This document shows positions 24,283-34,680 of a stretch of DNA of 37,895 nucleotides, piece by piece. The notes below the pieces were generated by a model. That model had not been told where the DNA came from. It did not search any database and saw nothing but the letters and a program-made list of their open reading frames with translations. Position 1 is the first letter of the stretch. Every line of letters starts with the position of its first letter. The position numbers were made by a program, and so were the translations under genes. This DNA comes from a virus, in UHGV virus genome UHGV-0162601; one strand, given 5' to 3'.

Positions 24283-25300
24283 ATCGTTGCGGAATATTTA
24301 AATACCAGCGTTTATCATGAAAATCTTGTGCTCCGCCTTTAGTGTTCCCTTCTGGATCATTCGTTGCACGCATCATTACATAGACTTTCTTATTAGAAAA
24401 ATTACGCATATTGAAAGATACATGATAACCAACGTTTCCAGAAGTATTATAAGCTTGATTTACATCTGGTCTATAAATTCCATCAGCTCTTACTCGAGCT
24501 AATTCTTTCCCAGTATTGTAGTCCATAATGAAAATATACTCGTATTTATAGTTAGCGATGTGCCATCCAGCGACGTGTAAGTTCGCATTTTCGATTTCTC
24601 CAAACTGATCAATGTGAGAATGGTTCGTTCCATCTGATAAAGTTGGATTTGCTGCACCTGCTCGGGTTGGATCAATGACAGGCTTGTTCTCAGAAGTCGT
24701 TGGGTTTTCGTCTGTAAATCCATGAGCTAAATCGTAAGCCAGTTTTTCCTTACTTACACCCATTTCTGATAAGTATCCATACGGATCAGTGTGATCGCCC
24801 CAAATGTTTTGAGTTACCCATAAATGTGATTTGATTCCTGGTTGATTATACGGTGTGTCTAATGTAAGTGGAATACCGTATTTCTTTGCTGAATCTCTAG
24901 CCAATTCAACGTATGCTTTATAGTTTTTTTCAAAAGTTGCTTTATCATGTGTGTGTTGTAACTCAATCTGCACAGGACTATTGGCATTAGCATATGAACC
25001 AGCACCGTACTGTACATAACCAGGTTGTCCGACTTGGTAAACAATTCCACCGTCTCCCACAATGTAAGCAGTATAAGCACTAGTCCATGAACGTTGCATA
25101 TACTGCGCTTCATTGCGTCCTGTTGCTGTTTCGTTAGCTGTTTCATGCAGTAAAATATACTGATTATTCGCTACTTGAGAGCTACCTTCATTTACACCTA
25201 AATTAAATTCATTGTTAATCGTATAGGCAAACCCATTAATTGGCAATAAAAAAAGAGCCGTTAATAGGCTCATCGCAGTAATAGTAATTTTCTTTCTCAT
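24281..25300 (-). CDS. endolysin: N-acetylmuramoyl-L-alanine amidase (Amidase_2/PGRP-like) with N-terminal Sec signal peptide and a C-terminal wall-binding domain
   Basis: MRKKITITAMSLLTALFLLPINGFAY signal-like N-terminus. Amidase_2-like YILLHETANE... Last gene of the lysis cassette. Confidence 0.75.
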   Translation of the reverse strand: MRKKITITAMSLLTALFLLPINGFAYTINNEFNLGVNEGSSQVANNQYILLHETANETATGRNEAQYMQRSWTSAYTAYIVGDGGIVYQVGQPGYVQYGAGSYANANSPVQIELQHTHDKATFEKNYKAYVELARDSAKKYGIPLTLDTPYNQPGIKSHLWVTQNIWGDHTDPYGYLSEMGVSKEKLAYDLAHGFTDENPTTSENKPVIDPTRAGAANPTLSDGTNHSHIDQFGEIENANLHVAGWHIANYKYEYIFIMDYNTGKELARVRADGIYRPDVNQAYNTSGNVGYHVSFNMRNFSNKKVYVMMRATNDPEGNTKGGAQDFHDKRWYLNIPQR

Positions 25301-25310
25301 TTGTTTCCTC

Positions 25311-25508
25311 CTATTTTTTCAAATTATATGCCGACACACCAGTGATAACGCCTAAAAATGTTGCTACTGCATTGATAGTGAGTACTGTCATATCTGTTCC
25401 ATTCCATCCATACGCTTTTCCTAACGTGGCTACTAAAACAGATGCAGCTGGTAAAACTGTTAAAACCGTCCATTTAATGACTTGATAATACTTATCGGGT
25501 AAAATCAT
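25311..25508 (-). CDS. holin (XhlB/SPP1-type, 2 TM)
   Basis: 65 aa with two hydrophobic helices and a basic C-terminus, between XhlA and the amidase. Confidence 0.7.
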   Translation of the reverse strand: MILPDKYYQVIKWTVLTVLPAASVLVATLGKAYGWNGTDMTVLTINAVATFLGVITGVSAYNLKK

Positions 25509-25523
25509 TTCTTCTCACCTCCT

Positions 25524-25766
25524 TTACAATTTAGTCAAGAAATAGCCAATAATCGTAATGCCTAAACCAATCATGTAACCCCACGACCATTTATTATTGG
25601 CTTTCATTTCTTTGATATCTTCTGCATTATTAAGCGCAATAGAATATGCCTGATCCGCTCTATCTTTTGCACTTTCCGCTTTTTCGCGTAATGATTCGTA
25701 ATTATCCAGTTTCGTTTCAATACGCACTAAGCGTTCTACCACGTCTTGTATTGCTTCGTCTTTCAA
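25524..25766 (-). CDS. xhlA: XhlA-family protein (coiled-coil + C-terminal TM)
   Basis: 80 aa. Coiled-coil N-terminus and WSWGYMIGLGITIIGYFL TM helix. First gene of the lysis cassette. Confidence 0.7.
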   Translation of the reverse strand: MKDEAIQDVVERLVRIETKLDNYESLREKAESAKDRADQAYSIALNNAEDIKEMKANNKWSWGYMIGLGITIIGYFLTKL

Positions 25767-25829
25767 TCAAACAGCCTCCTTTCTGGAAATAACTAGCGCA
25801 CTCATTTGAGCACACTGGTTATCTATTTC

Positions 25830-27947
25830 TTATATGATATATGTCACTGTGAATGTATATGAAGAAGCATATGATGTGTTACGCCTCCAATAAATATTAC
25901 CATCCGCTCCAAACCCAAGTTGAGCATTGTTAAAAGCACTTCTGTCAGTCGACCCAACCAGTTGCTCAAAACTAATTGGTGGCCGATAGCCTTCTGGAAC
26001 AGTTAAAATAACCGAATCATTCCCACCACTATTTCTTCCGTTTAAATCAAAAAAGTAAATCGTAACACAGTTTCCCTGTCTATATAATCGTGCTGTGCCT
26101 AGATTTCCATTCTTTACAGTTAAATTCACTATCTCCTTTCTGAAAACTTCATCTGTATACTTCTTTGATTCATTGACTGCTTCTATCTTCTTAGTATCCG
26201 TATAATTTCTAGCCGCATTTTCGTTTACGTTAATTTGCTTAGCTAAGTCATCTGCAATATTCGTAACATTTATATTCACAGCTTCTATTGAATTATCTGT
26301 GTATTTATTTGCTTCACCAATGATTTCTGTTACTTTGCTCTCGGTTGCTAAGTTTTCTTCGACATATTCTGGCTCTATATCCCATACATAATCATATGGG
26401 TTATTAGAATCACGCATACCAATGCCACGATATTTATACTCACTAATATTTGGTGTTCTGGTTTTGCCTTTTTCAATTTTGAGCCAGTCAATTTGAACAG
26501 TATCATATGTTGCAGAATTTGGTTTTTGCCATAACGCTACTCTAAGTAAATTTGTCATTTCACTAGTATTTCTGGCTGTAAACGTGGCACTCCACACATT
26601 TGCCAATCCTTCCACAGGAAGTAAAGTTGCCTGATACTGCGACTGCGACTGCTGGTAATTTGCATCTCCGTAGTATAAGTGGAATTCTTTATTAGCTGGC
26701 TTAGTCCCTTTTAAAGATACCGTATAAGTTTCACCTATTATTAATTCTTCTGAAATATCAAAGCCAGAAATAGGATTGTTTGGTGTTATAATTGGGAACT
26801 TAGCATTTGTTACCAAATTCTCACCCAAAGCCACCTTACTCAAATAATACGGCGCATCGAGTAAATTTGGTTGATATGGTGTGGCTGTTGAGCCTTCTTC
26901 GAGTTTAGCGTGTCTCAAACGTAGTTTGCCGGATAGGCTGTTATTAGCGTCTTTATTTTGTAGCATTATAAGCCAGCTTTCAGCGTTATCACTCGCAGCA
27001 GTAATTTTAACGGTGCCAGTTAGTTTTTGCCATACACCCTTAGTAGCAGTTAATGTATTACGCGTATATAGCTCTGATACCCAGTTAGGCATTTTAATAT
27101 ATCTTAGGCCTATCTTGCTAGGGTCTCCAGTGAAATCGCCTTCTAACATAATTTCTACACTCACGGTATATGTTTTGCCTGTTAATAGGGCTGGTTGACT
27201 TTTCGGTTTTAATACCTCTAATTTATGGTTTGGATCAAGCGTAATCACTACCTCGTCACCATCATCTACAACAGATAAGGCACCACTACCTTGCGAGAAG
27301 CTATCAGCGTTTATATTAGCCATCAAATTCGGATTCCCCGAATAATCATAGCCCCCGAAATCAATGCTGTTACTGTACATCACTTGTAAGTTACCTAACT
27401 TAGAAATTTCTTCTTTCAGAGCATCTAACTTGTCTTGTAGCGTTTTAGCTTGACCAGTTAAATCAGTAATCTGTTGATTTAAGCTATCCACTCTACCTTT
27501 AGTTTCAGCCATAAAAGCATCAAAAGTTTCATTATACTTTCGAATCAACTCTTCTAATTGCGAAACATATTCATCGGCTTGACCTTGCGAAATGTCAGAC
27601 ACTCCTAGTGAGAAAAAAATGATATCTTGCGTTGTTAGAATTTGATTGTCTTTTCTATATTCTACGTAGCAGTGTTTATAATATCCTGCTTCACTCATAA
27701 ATGTGCCATCAAGAGAAAACGTGACTTCTTCACTAGTTACGCTAGTTGCAACACTATCTACGTAACGGTTAGATGGTGTTGTTCCTTTTAAAGTAAATGT
27801 TCCGCCACTCGTATCCATCTGCAAGCCATTTAAATATGGTTTAACCGTCACCGTAATCCCTTTATCACCCTGACGAGCCATAATAGCTTTGGTGTAGTTT
27901 AATTCTTTGCTGAAATCTAAAGCCAAATTATATAAACTGCTAGCCAT
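25830..27947 (-). CDS. receptor-binding / tail fibre protein (BppU-like N-terminus, central coiled coil, C-terminal beta-rich domain)
   Basis: 705 aa. N-terminus MASSLYNLALDFSKELNYTKAIMARQGDKG. Heptad-rich stretch at aa 120-190. Confidence 0.6.
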   Translation of the reverse strand: MASSLYNLALDFSKELNYTKAIMARQGDKGITVTVKPYLNGLQMDTSGGTFTLKGTTPSNRYVDSVATSVTSEEVTFSLDGTFMSEAGYYKHCYVEYRKDNQILTTQDIIFFSLGVSDISQGQADEYVSQLEELIRKYNETFDAFMAETKGRVDSLNQQITDLTGQAKTLQDKLDALKEEISKLGNLQVMYSNSIDFGGYDYSGNPNLMANINADSFSQGSGALSVVDDGDEVVITLDPNHKLEVLKPKSQPALLTGKTYTVSVEIMLEGDFTGDPSKIGLRYIKMPNWVSELYTRNTLTATKGVWQKLTGTVKITAASDNAESWLIMLQNKDANNSLSGKLRLRHAKLEEGSTATPYQPNLLDAPYYLSKVALGENLVTNAKFPIITPNNPISGFDISEELIIGETYTVSLKGTKPANKEFHLYYGDANYQQSQSQYQATLLPVEGLANVWSATFTARNTSEMTNLLRVALWQKPNSATYDTVQIDWLKIEKGKTRTPNISEYKYRGIGMRDSNNPYDYVWDIEPEYVEENLATESKVTEIIGEANKYTDNSIEAVNINVTNIADDLAKQINVNENAARNYTDTKKIEAVNESKKYTDEVFRKEIVNLTVKNGNLGTARLYRQGNCVTIYFFDLNGRNSGGNDSVILTVPEGYRPPISFEQLVGSTDRSAFNNAQLGFGADGNIYWRRNTSYASSYTFTVTYII

Positions 27948-27970
27948 TTATATACCTCCTTGTCTTCGTT

Positions 27971-30262
27971 TTAAAAACGTTTTTGGTCAAGCACTGTGCT
28001 ATCATATGCTGTATCCTCTTTTAATCTAATATCTTCATACCCTAGACGGTGTGCCACTAAATTCCATCTAACTAATACGTTTGGCTTACTAGTTTCAATG
28101 ATGAAATGGTCAATATCTTCATGAGTAACAGCACACAAAACTAGTTCTGTAGGTGTCACATGTGTCATATACCGACTTAGATTTACTGTCTCAGCAAACA
28201 TGGGGTCAATATCAACACGAACTTTACCATCGTCACCTGTAACGGCTTCCCCATAATCAGCGAAATAATATTCTGGAGTTTCATAAGCGTTCAATAGTCG
28301 TTGTCCATAATGTTCTGTTGGTACAGTTGAGTTTTTAGTACCTCTAACAGTAAAATCTTTATATACTTGTACCGTTGATTGTTCAAACCTAGCAAGTTTC
28401 CCATCTTCCCATGAACCAAAAAAACAACCTGGTAACGTTAGCATACCATCACTAGTAAATTTCATAGTCCTACCAGCTACCTTAAATTCCCATGAGTTAC
28501 CCGCACTACCATTAATGCTTAAAGAACTACCGTCGCCAGAAGTTACATAACTAGCATTGCTATACCTGAAATTGGGCGCACCAAAAGATAGAAACGGTCT
28601 GTTATTACCATTATCCCACGTACTAAAAACCAAGTTACCCTGTGGATTTCTAATCATGAAACCACCACCAGTTTTCATGGTGTATGATACAATACCGGCA
28701 TCAGCACTTACATAATCACGTGCTTCTAGCTCCATAATATCTTTGTTAACTTTTTTTGAGTACCAAGTCATTTTGCCATTAGCAATACTTGTTCTATAAT
28801 CAGCACCATCACTAATTAATGTAGTACCTCTAATAGTAATTCCTACTATTTCACCAGCCGTAATAAACGAGGCATTGAATCCGCCATCTAACGTCCATGC
28901 CGTTTCATATGTTCCATTAATGCCAGTTTTAGAAAAACCAATACCAGCATTGTTGATTTGTAAAACATTCCTTGCGGTATTCTTATCTGGTGTGTCCATA
29001 ATCAAAATACGACTAGGCGCTTCTTTAGGATCTAATAAAACATAACCACCATTTTGACCAGTAATCATATCAGTTTGATGATCTACAATATCATTGATTA
29101 AATCACTGATTTCGCCAACGTTTTTCAATTGATCAATGGCATCATTAATCAAATTGCTGACATTATTCTCTGTATTTTCTAAGAAGTTTGTTTTGACGTT
29201 TCCTACAACTAATTTATCGTATGAATTAGTTAAAACATTAAACGTATATTCCACGATTCTCGCTGACATATTCACTTTTAACTGTGGATGATACACATCT
29301 ACTCCGTCGCCCATCGAAACTTTTTCTAGATCAACAAATTTTTCATAGCCTCTTTGATGCCTCAATGGTACTAATTCAATCGAACCACTCACTTGTGGTT
29401 TTTGTTTATCTATGTTTGTTTTCAACCAGTCTTTAGCAGCTTCCCTTAATGTGGCTACATCAGTCGCTTTGTCTTTAAAATCAACAAAAGAAACATATCC
29501 AGCAGGATAATCATCCACGTAATCCGTGAAAATAACTTCTTCTGGTAGAGTGATCTCGTCTTCTCCTTCTGAAGAGCTGCTAATGAATGGATAAACTCCA
29601 ACTAAAACACTTTGAGCATCTATCTCTAAGTCAATACCAGTTAAGTTTTTAGTATAAATCGCTTTGATTTTATGATCCGTACCTAGACTTTTTTCATGAC
29701 GTAATGTGTTATTATCTTTTAGAAATTCACCATGAAATCGATCTAGAATAGATCCATCTTTTCCACCAAAGAATTCTAAAAAATTCGCTTTTTCTATCTT
29801 CACATTAGCAAGCGTATCTACTAACGATGAGAAAGAAAACTGCGAAGGAATAGCTGGTTTTGCTAAAACTTTTGCATTTTGCCATGCCTGAGTAGCAGTG
29901 ATTTTTTCTGTTCCGCTGTCATATTTATTCAACACCGATTTTCTTATATCATTGAAAATAGGTTCAGCTTTTACTTCTATCGTATTTCCTATTACAGAAG
30001 TCTTTGCATAATAGATCCGTAGACGTTGTTTTGCTCGATTTTCATCTACATAACACTGAATTATACGTCCTTCTACAATCAAATCTGCATTAGTTCCGCT
30101 TATTGGATAAGTACCCTGAAATATCTCGGCTCCGTTTAGTTTATTGCTAACAGTAGCTGTTAACCAGTCTGATAAAGCACCTAAACCTTGCGTATCATAT
30201 AAATGTTCAGCTAAATTATTCGCGTCATTTTTATCGTAAATAGTTATTAAATTATCGATCAT
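27971..30262 (-). CDS. tail-associated lysin / prophage endopeptidase tail protein (Tal)
   Basis: 763 aa immediately after Dit. N-terminus MIDNLITIYDKNDANNLAEHLYDTQG is typical of the family. Confidence 0.75.
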   Translation of the reverse strand: MIDNLITIYDKNDANNLAEHLYDTQGLGALSDWLTATVSNKLNGAEIFQGTYPISGTNADLIVEGRIIQCYVDENRAKQRLRIYYAKTSVIGNTIEVKAEPIFNDIRKSVLNKYDSGTEKITATQAWQNAKVLAKPAIPSQFSFSSLVDTLANVKIEKANFLEFFGGKDGSILDRFHGEFLKDNNTLRHEKSLGTDHKIKAIYTKNLTGIDLEIDAQSVLVGVYPFISSSSEGEDEITLPEEVIFTDYVDDYPAGYVSFVDFKDKATDVATLREAAKDWLKTNIDKQKPQVSGSIELVPLRHQRGYEKFVDLEKVSMGDGVDVYHPQLKVNMSARIVEYTFNVLTNSYDKLVVGNVKTNFLENTENNVSNLINDAIDQLKNVGEISDLINDIVDHQTDMITGQNGGYVLLDPKEAPSRILIMDTPDKNTARNVLQINNAGIGFSKTGINGTYETAWTLDGGFNASFITAGEIVGITIRGTTLISDGADYRTSIANGKMTWYSKKVNKDIMELEARDYVSADAGIVSYTMKTGGGFMIRNPQGNLVFSTWDNGNNRPFLSFGAPNFRYSNASYVTSGDGSSLSINGSAGNSWEFKVAGRTMKFTSDGMLTLPGCFFGSWEDGKLARFEQSTVQVYKDFTVRGTKNSTVPTEHYGQRLLNAYETPEYYFADYGEAVTGDDGKVRVDIDPMFAETVNLSRYMTHVTPTELVLCAVTHEDIDHFIIETSKPNVLVRWNLVAHRLGYEDIRLKEDTAYDSTVLDQKRF

Positions 30263-30271
30263 CTATTTCAC

Positions 30272-31009
30272 CTACCTTAACCCGTTACGATAAATTTGTA
30301 TTTTGCTCAAACCAGTACAATTAAAATGATTAATATCCACTTGCAATGTCGGATATTGCATGGTCTTCATTTTATTGGACCGATCTAAAATATCTCCGTC
30401 CAATTGCTCTTCGTAGCAAAGCATTAAATCACTATCAATGACTACGTCAGTTCCTACTACTAAGCCTTCGAAACTAAACACATAATCATTTAAGATGAAC
30501 TGGCATGAAGTAGCTGAAGGAGTGATGATAATCTTTGGAAAACTTTCTTCTAAACTATTATTCAGCAAGCTAAATGATCGTGGTTTATCTACAGTTATAG
30601 GCACATCTTCTTGAACTCTTGCGAATGGTTTCGCAGTAATGTTTACATCGAACTCTCCCCATTCAACGATATCGTTTTCTGCATCCCCAATATCGATAGT
30701 CTGGATAACATAATAGACATTGGGATCATCAGAGAATTCTAATTTCTTTGCATAGTTTAACCAATGACGCATGATATAAAACGATTGCTTGAACGCTTGA
30801 TGGTCTTCCACATCCTCTAAATAGTTATAGTGCAATGTAAACGACATGTCTTCAAACGAGTAATCTTGCACTAAGCCACCTAACCTTCCTAAAACAGAAG
30901 TTTCAACTCTCTGTCTTTTTGGAGAAGGTATGGTTGGTCTTTCAGCTAAAGCCAATTTATGCAAATAATCAGGAAATCCATCGATTATAGAATGTATACA
31001 ATCAGTCAT
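30272..31009 (-). CDS. distal tail protein (Dit)
   Basis: 245 aa directly downstream of the tape measure gene. Confidence 0.7.
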   Translation of the reverse strand: MTDCIHSIIDGFPDYLHKLALAERPTIPSPKRQRVETSVLGRLGGLVQDYSFEDMSFTLHYNYLEDVEDHQAFKQSFYIMRHWLNYAKKLEFSDDPNVYYVIQTIDIGDAENDIVEWGEFDVNITAKPFARVQEDVPITVDKPRSFSLLNNSLEESFPKIIITPSATSCQFILNDYVFSFEGLVVGTDVVIDSDLMLCYEEQLDGDILDRSNKMKTMQYPTLQVDINHFNCTGLSKIQIYRNGLR

Positions 31010-31059
31010 TTTTTCACATCCTTTTTAATACTAAAAAAACAGGAGAAATACTCTCCTGT

Positions 31060-34000
31060 TTAACGCCATGCCGAAGCATTATCATTTTGAACTTTTGTAA
31101 TGTTATCAATGATTTGTTGAGTTGTTTGCTTCATAGTAACTTCATCTGCGTTACCATCAATTGTGAAATTGAATTCGTAATTGTTCACAGGTTGAACCGT
31201 TTGTGCCCTAGATGAAACTGAGGTGCTACTCAAGATACGATCACCAATTTCTTGCAGCACAGATCTTTTCAAAGGTAAAACTGCTTCAGGCCCTGCTTCA
31301 CCGACACCGATAATATTCGGAGAATTAAACACACTACCTTTCGCATACCAATCAACACCCAACGTTGGGATTTTTCCCTTCAATGGATTGAATTCCCCAC
31401 TCAATTTAAAATGTGGTAACGGAATATGTGGTATCGAAATATTCAAATTATCAAAAAGGCTGCTGATTTTATCTCTAATCCAATCAATTGGAGCGCTAAC
31501 AGTCTTTTTGATACCTTCCCAAATGTTAGCAATTGTACTTTTAACATTATTGAATATGCCGGAAACAATACTTGTTAGATTGGACCAACCGCTTGAAATT
31601 GCATTTTTTCCGTCGTTTACTTTAGAGCTAATAGTGCTTGTAATTCCATTCCAAAGGTTTAAAGCAGTGTTTTTGATACCGTTCCAAATTCCACTAATCC
31701 ACGAAGATATGCTATTCCAAACACTTTGAATGGCACTTTTAGCTGCATTTATAGCATTGCTTATACTGCTTGTCACACTATTCCAGATATTTGATGCTGT
31801 AGAGCTGATTGAATTCCAAATTCCACCTAACCAACTAGATACAGTTGACCAAATATTTTGAATTACTGTAGCAGCTGCTTGTACCAAGCTAGTGATTGTA
31901 TTCTTGATACTGTTCCAAATACTAGAAGCTGTTGCACTAATTGAATTCCAAATATTTGAAGCCGTAGTACTAATGGATGTCCATATACCGTTCCACCATG
32001 CCACAATTGGATCAAATATAGTATGGAATGTAGTTACAATTCCATTCCAGGCGATGCTTACCCATTGTGTCATAGTATCCCAAATATTTTTAAGGAAATC
32101 AGAAATAGGTGTCCAAACAGCTTGCCAAGCTGTGCCTAATAACTGTCCAGCTACATCAAAAATACCCACGATAATATTAATACCAGCTTGAATCAATGAC
32201 GTTATTAATGTCCATGGTATTTGAACAATTCCTACAATGTCTGCCCAAATAATCGACCATACTTCTTTGACTCCGTTCCAAATATTTGAAACCCAATCAA
32301 CGAATGCTTGCCAAGTCTCTTGGACTCCTTGCCAGATGTTGGAAGCTCCTTCAACTAATCCGCTCCATAACTCTCCAAACCAATCAGAAACTCCTTGCCA
32401 AATTTCTTGAACCCAATCTACAAATCCAGACCAGGTTTCTTTGACTCCATCCCAAACTGATGAGGCACCTTCTTTTATACTTTCCAAAGTACCACCCAAC
32501 CAATCAGTGAATTTACTCCATATTCCCTTAAACCAGTCAGTAATTGCACCCCAGTTTTTTATAATTGCTATAACTCCAGCAATAGCAGTAATAACTGCTC
32601 CTATTATTAATGTAGTAGGACCACCTAGAGCCATGAAGCCAACTATTATTGGCATTAATAAAGTAAATGCAGCAGTCAATCCGCCAATTGCTACGGCATA
32701 ATCCTGTACTGGTTGTGGAAGATTATTAAACGCATCAGCCATCTTTCCTAGAAAATCAATTACTGGTTCGAGTGCATCTATGATTGTGTTGCCTATAGGA
32801 GCTAATGAATCCTTTAATTCAGCTATTTTCCCGTTCAACTCTTGCAACGGAGTAGTAGAATCTTCATTCATTTTTTGTGCAGATCCACTAACATCATCAA
32901 ATGTATGGTTAACATCAGTTAAAGATTGGACAACTTTCATCGCATTATCTTCGCCAAGCGCAGACCAAATTGTCGAAGCTTTATTTAATTGGTCGTATTG
33001 ACCATCCATATTGCTAAAATCTTGAATCATGGAATTAATAACGTCTTTTTGTGTTCCTCCGCCATTTTTCCACTCTTCAAAAGCTTTTCTAGTACTTTCA
33101 CTAAACATATCCATGTTTTGCTCAAATCGACCATCTGTTAACGATATTCCCATTTCCTTAACTAAGTCATTGACTTTATCAAGGTTATAAGCACCCGCAT
33201 CTAAACCATTTTGAAGCATTCCGAACGTTTCATCAGCTGAATATCCCATTTGACTCCATAATTGGCTATATTCTGCCATATTGTCGCCTAATTCGTGCGT
33301 TTTATCTAAACCGTTTTGAGTACCCGAAACCATTAAATCCATTGCATCTTGAGCACTCAAGCCGAAATTGACCATTAAGCCATTTACACCACGTAACGTT
33401 TCATCCATATCAGCGCCCATGGTGTTTTCTAGGACCATAGCTTGTTCCGTGATATTTTGTAAATCTTGATTATTTAAATCGCCTAAATTACGCTTTACCA
33501 AAATCAATGCATCTGTGGACTGATCTAACGATTCTCCAAAACCTTTATAATAAATGTCTCTGGCTACATTCGTTAATTCTTCAGCCTCTTGTTTAGTCAA
33601 ACCAAAATTAGCTTGTATCTTACTCTGGGAACTACCTACACTGTTAGCTGAGTCCACTGCTTGTTTCCCTAATTCTGTAAGCTTATCGCCAATGTCGCTT
33701 AAAACGTCAGAAGCTTCCATTAAATTATTCATATCTATTTTGCTTCCGATATCGTCCAAGTTAGTTGTATCTACATTTTTAGCAGCTTGTCCTAACTCTT
33801 CAAATTCACGTTCAGCATCATTAAGCTTCGCTTCCATCTGCATTGCTTCTGTGGATGTAGCGCCAAATTCAGACTGTGTAGCTTCTAACTGTCGTCTTAG
33901 GATATCTATCGTTTTCTCCGCATTTTCAGATTGTTGAGAAACAAATTCTTGGGCTTTCGCTAATTTCTCGGATTCAGAAGCTGATTGACCAGCAGTTGCT

Positions 34001-34479
34001 TGCCATTTTTTATATTCTGATTCAATCAGAGAAGCACTAGCTTGAACATTTTTCTGTTCACTGTCCAACTGTTGCATTGTAGACTCGTACGTCTGTATTT
34101 CGCCTTTTGCTTGAGCTAGTGCATTACTCGTTTTATCAATTTCGTTTGACAAACGTTGTTGTGCTGTTTGTTGATTAATCAGTTCTCTTTCAAGTTTCTG
34201 AACTTCGGTGGAATTTTCTCCATAATATTTTTTGGCATTGGCTAAACGTTGACTAGTTACTTCAACTTTTTGACTTTGTAATTCATACTGCTTTTCTAAA
34301 GAAGATAATTTACTTCCTAACTTGTCTGATTCAGAACCAGTCTGTTGCAATTGAGCTTGTTCTAGTTTTAATTCTGCTCTATTTTTAGTTAATTCAGCAC
34401 TGATTTCTTTTAACGTAGATTTCAATCCGTCATCGTTAGCTATGAAAGTTACTTCTGCTTCTGTTCTCTTTTTAGCCAT
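31060..34479 (-). CDS. tail tape measure protein
   Basis: 1139 aa. N-terminal coiled coils, a central hydrophobic segment, and a long Trp-periodic repeat region. Confidence 0.9.
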   Translation of the reverse strand: MAKKRTEAEVTFIANDDGLKSTLKEISAELTKNRAELKLEQAQLQQTGSESDKLGSKLSSLEKQYELQSQKVEVTSQRLANAKKYYGENSTEVQKLERELINQQTAQQRLSNEIDKTSNALAQAKGEIQTYESTMQQLDSEQKNVQASASLIESEYKKWQATAGQSASESEKLAKAQEFVSQQSENAEKTIDILRRQLEATQSEFGATSTEAMQMEAKLNDAEREFEELGQAAKNVDTTNLDDIGSKIDMNNLMEASDVLSDIGDKLTELGKQAVDSANSVGSSQSKIQANFGLTKQEAEELTNVARDIYYKGFGESLDQSTDALILVKRNLGDLNNQDLQNITEQAMVLENTMGADMDETLRGVNGLMVNFGLSAQDAMDLMVSGTQNGLDKTHELGDNMAEYSQLWSQMGYSADETFGMLQNGLDAGAYNLDKVNDLVKEMGISLTDGRFEQNMDMFSESTRKAFEEWKNGGGTQKDVINSMIQDFSNMDGQYDQLNKASTIWSALGEDNAMKVVQSLTDVNHTFDDVSGSAQKMNEDSTTPLQELNGKIAELKDSLAPIGNTIIDALEPVIDFLGKMADAFNNLPQPVQDYAVAIGGLTAAFTLLMPIIVGFMALGGPTTLIIGAVITAIAGVIAIIKNWGAITDWFKGIWSKFTDWLGGTLESIKEGASSVWDGVKETWSGFVDWVQEIWQGVSDWFGELWSGLVEGASNIWQGVQETWQAFVDWVSNIWNGVKEVWSIIWADIVGIVQIPWTLITSLIQAGINIIVGIFDVAGQLLGTAWQAVWTPISDFLKNIWDTMTQWVSIAWNGIVTTFHTIFDPIVAWWNGIWTSISTTASNIWNSISATASSIWNSIKNTITSLVQAAATVIQNIWSTVSSWLGGIWNSISSTASNIWNSVTSSISNAINAAKSAIQSVWNSISSWISGIWNGIKNTALNLWNGITSTISSKVNDGKNAISSGWSNLTSIVSGIFNNVKSTIANIWEGIKKTVSAPIDWIRDKISSLFDNLNISIPHIPLPHFKLSGEFNPLKGKIPTLGVDWYAKGSVFNSPNIIGVGEAGPEAVLPLKRSVLQEIGDRILSSTSVSSRAQTVQPVNNYEFNFTIDGNADEVTMKQTTQQIIDNITKVQNDNASAWR

Positions 34480-34495
34480 TTTTTACCTCCTTTCT

Positions 34496-34678
34496 TTAGT
34501 TTTTATGGGATTGGTTTATTGCATAGTTTTTCCATCCTTCATAAGCACTCTTGTTGTAAGCCATTTGCAAAATGTCATCTAAACAGATATCGCTTAAAAC
34601 CAAATCTGAAGGCATAGAAAAAACGTCGGTCAACATCGAATAGACATCGACCCACGTTTCAACTAAGAGCTTTGGCAT
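34496..34678 (-). CDS. T segment of the G/GT tail assembly chaperone (expressed by -1 frameshift from 34681..35043)
   Basis: -1 frame relative to the upstream gene. A slippery A_AAA_AAG lies 4 codons before the G stop. Confidence 0.55.
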   Translation of the reverse strand: MPKLLVETWVDVYSMLTDVFSMPSDLVLSDICLDDILQMAYNKSAYEGWKNYAINQSHKN

Positions 34679-34680
34679 TT

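Noticed and set aside
31480-32550. CRISPR array or MITE-like DNA repeats
   Set aside because: The periodicity is at the protein level inside the tape measure ORF. There are no identical direct repeats with unique spacers anywhere in the window.
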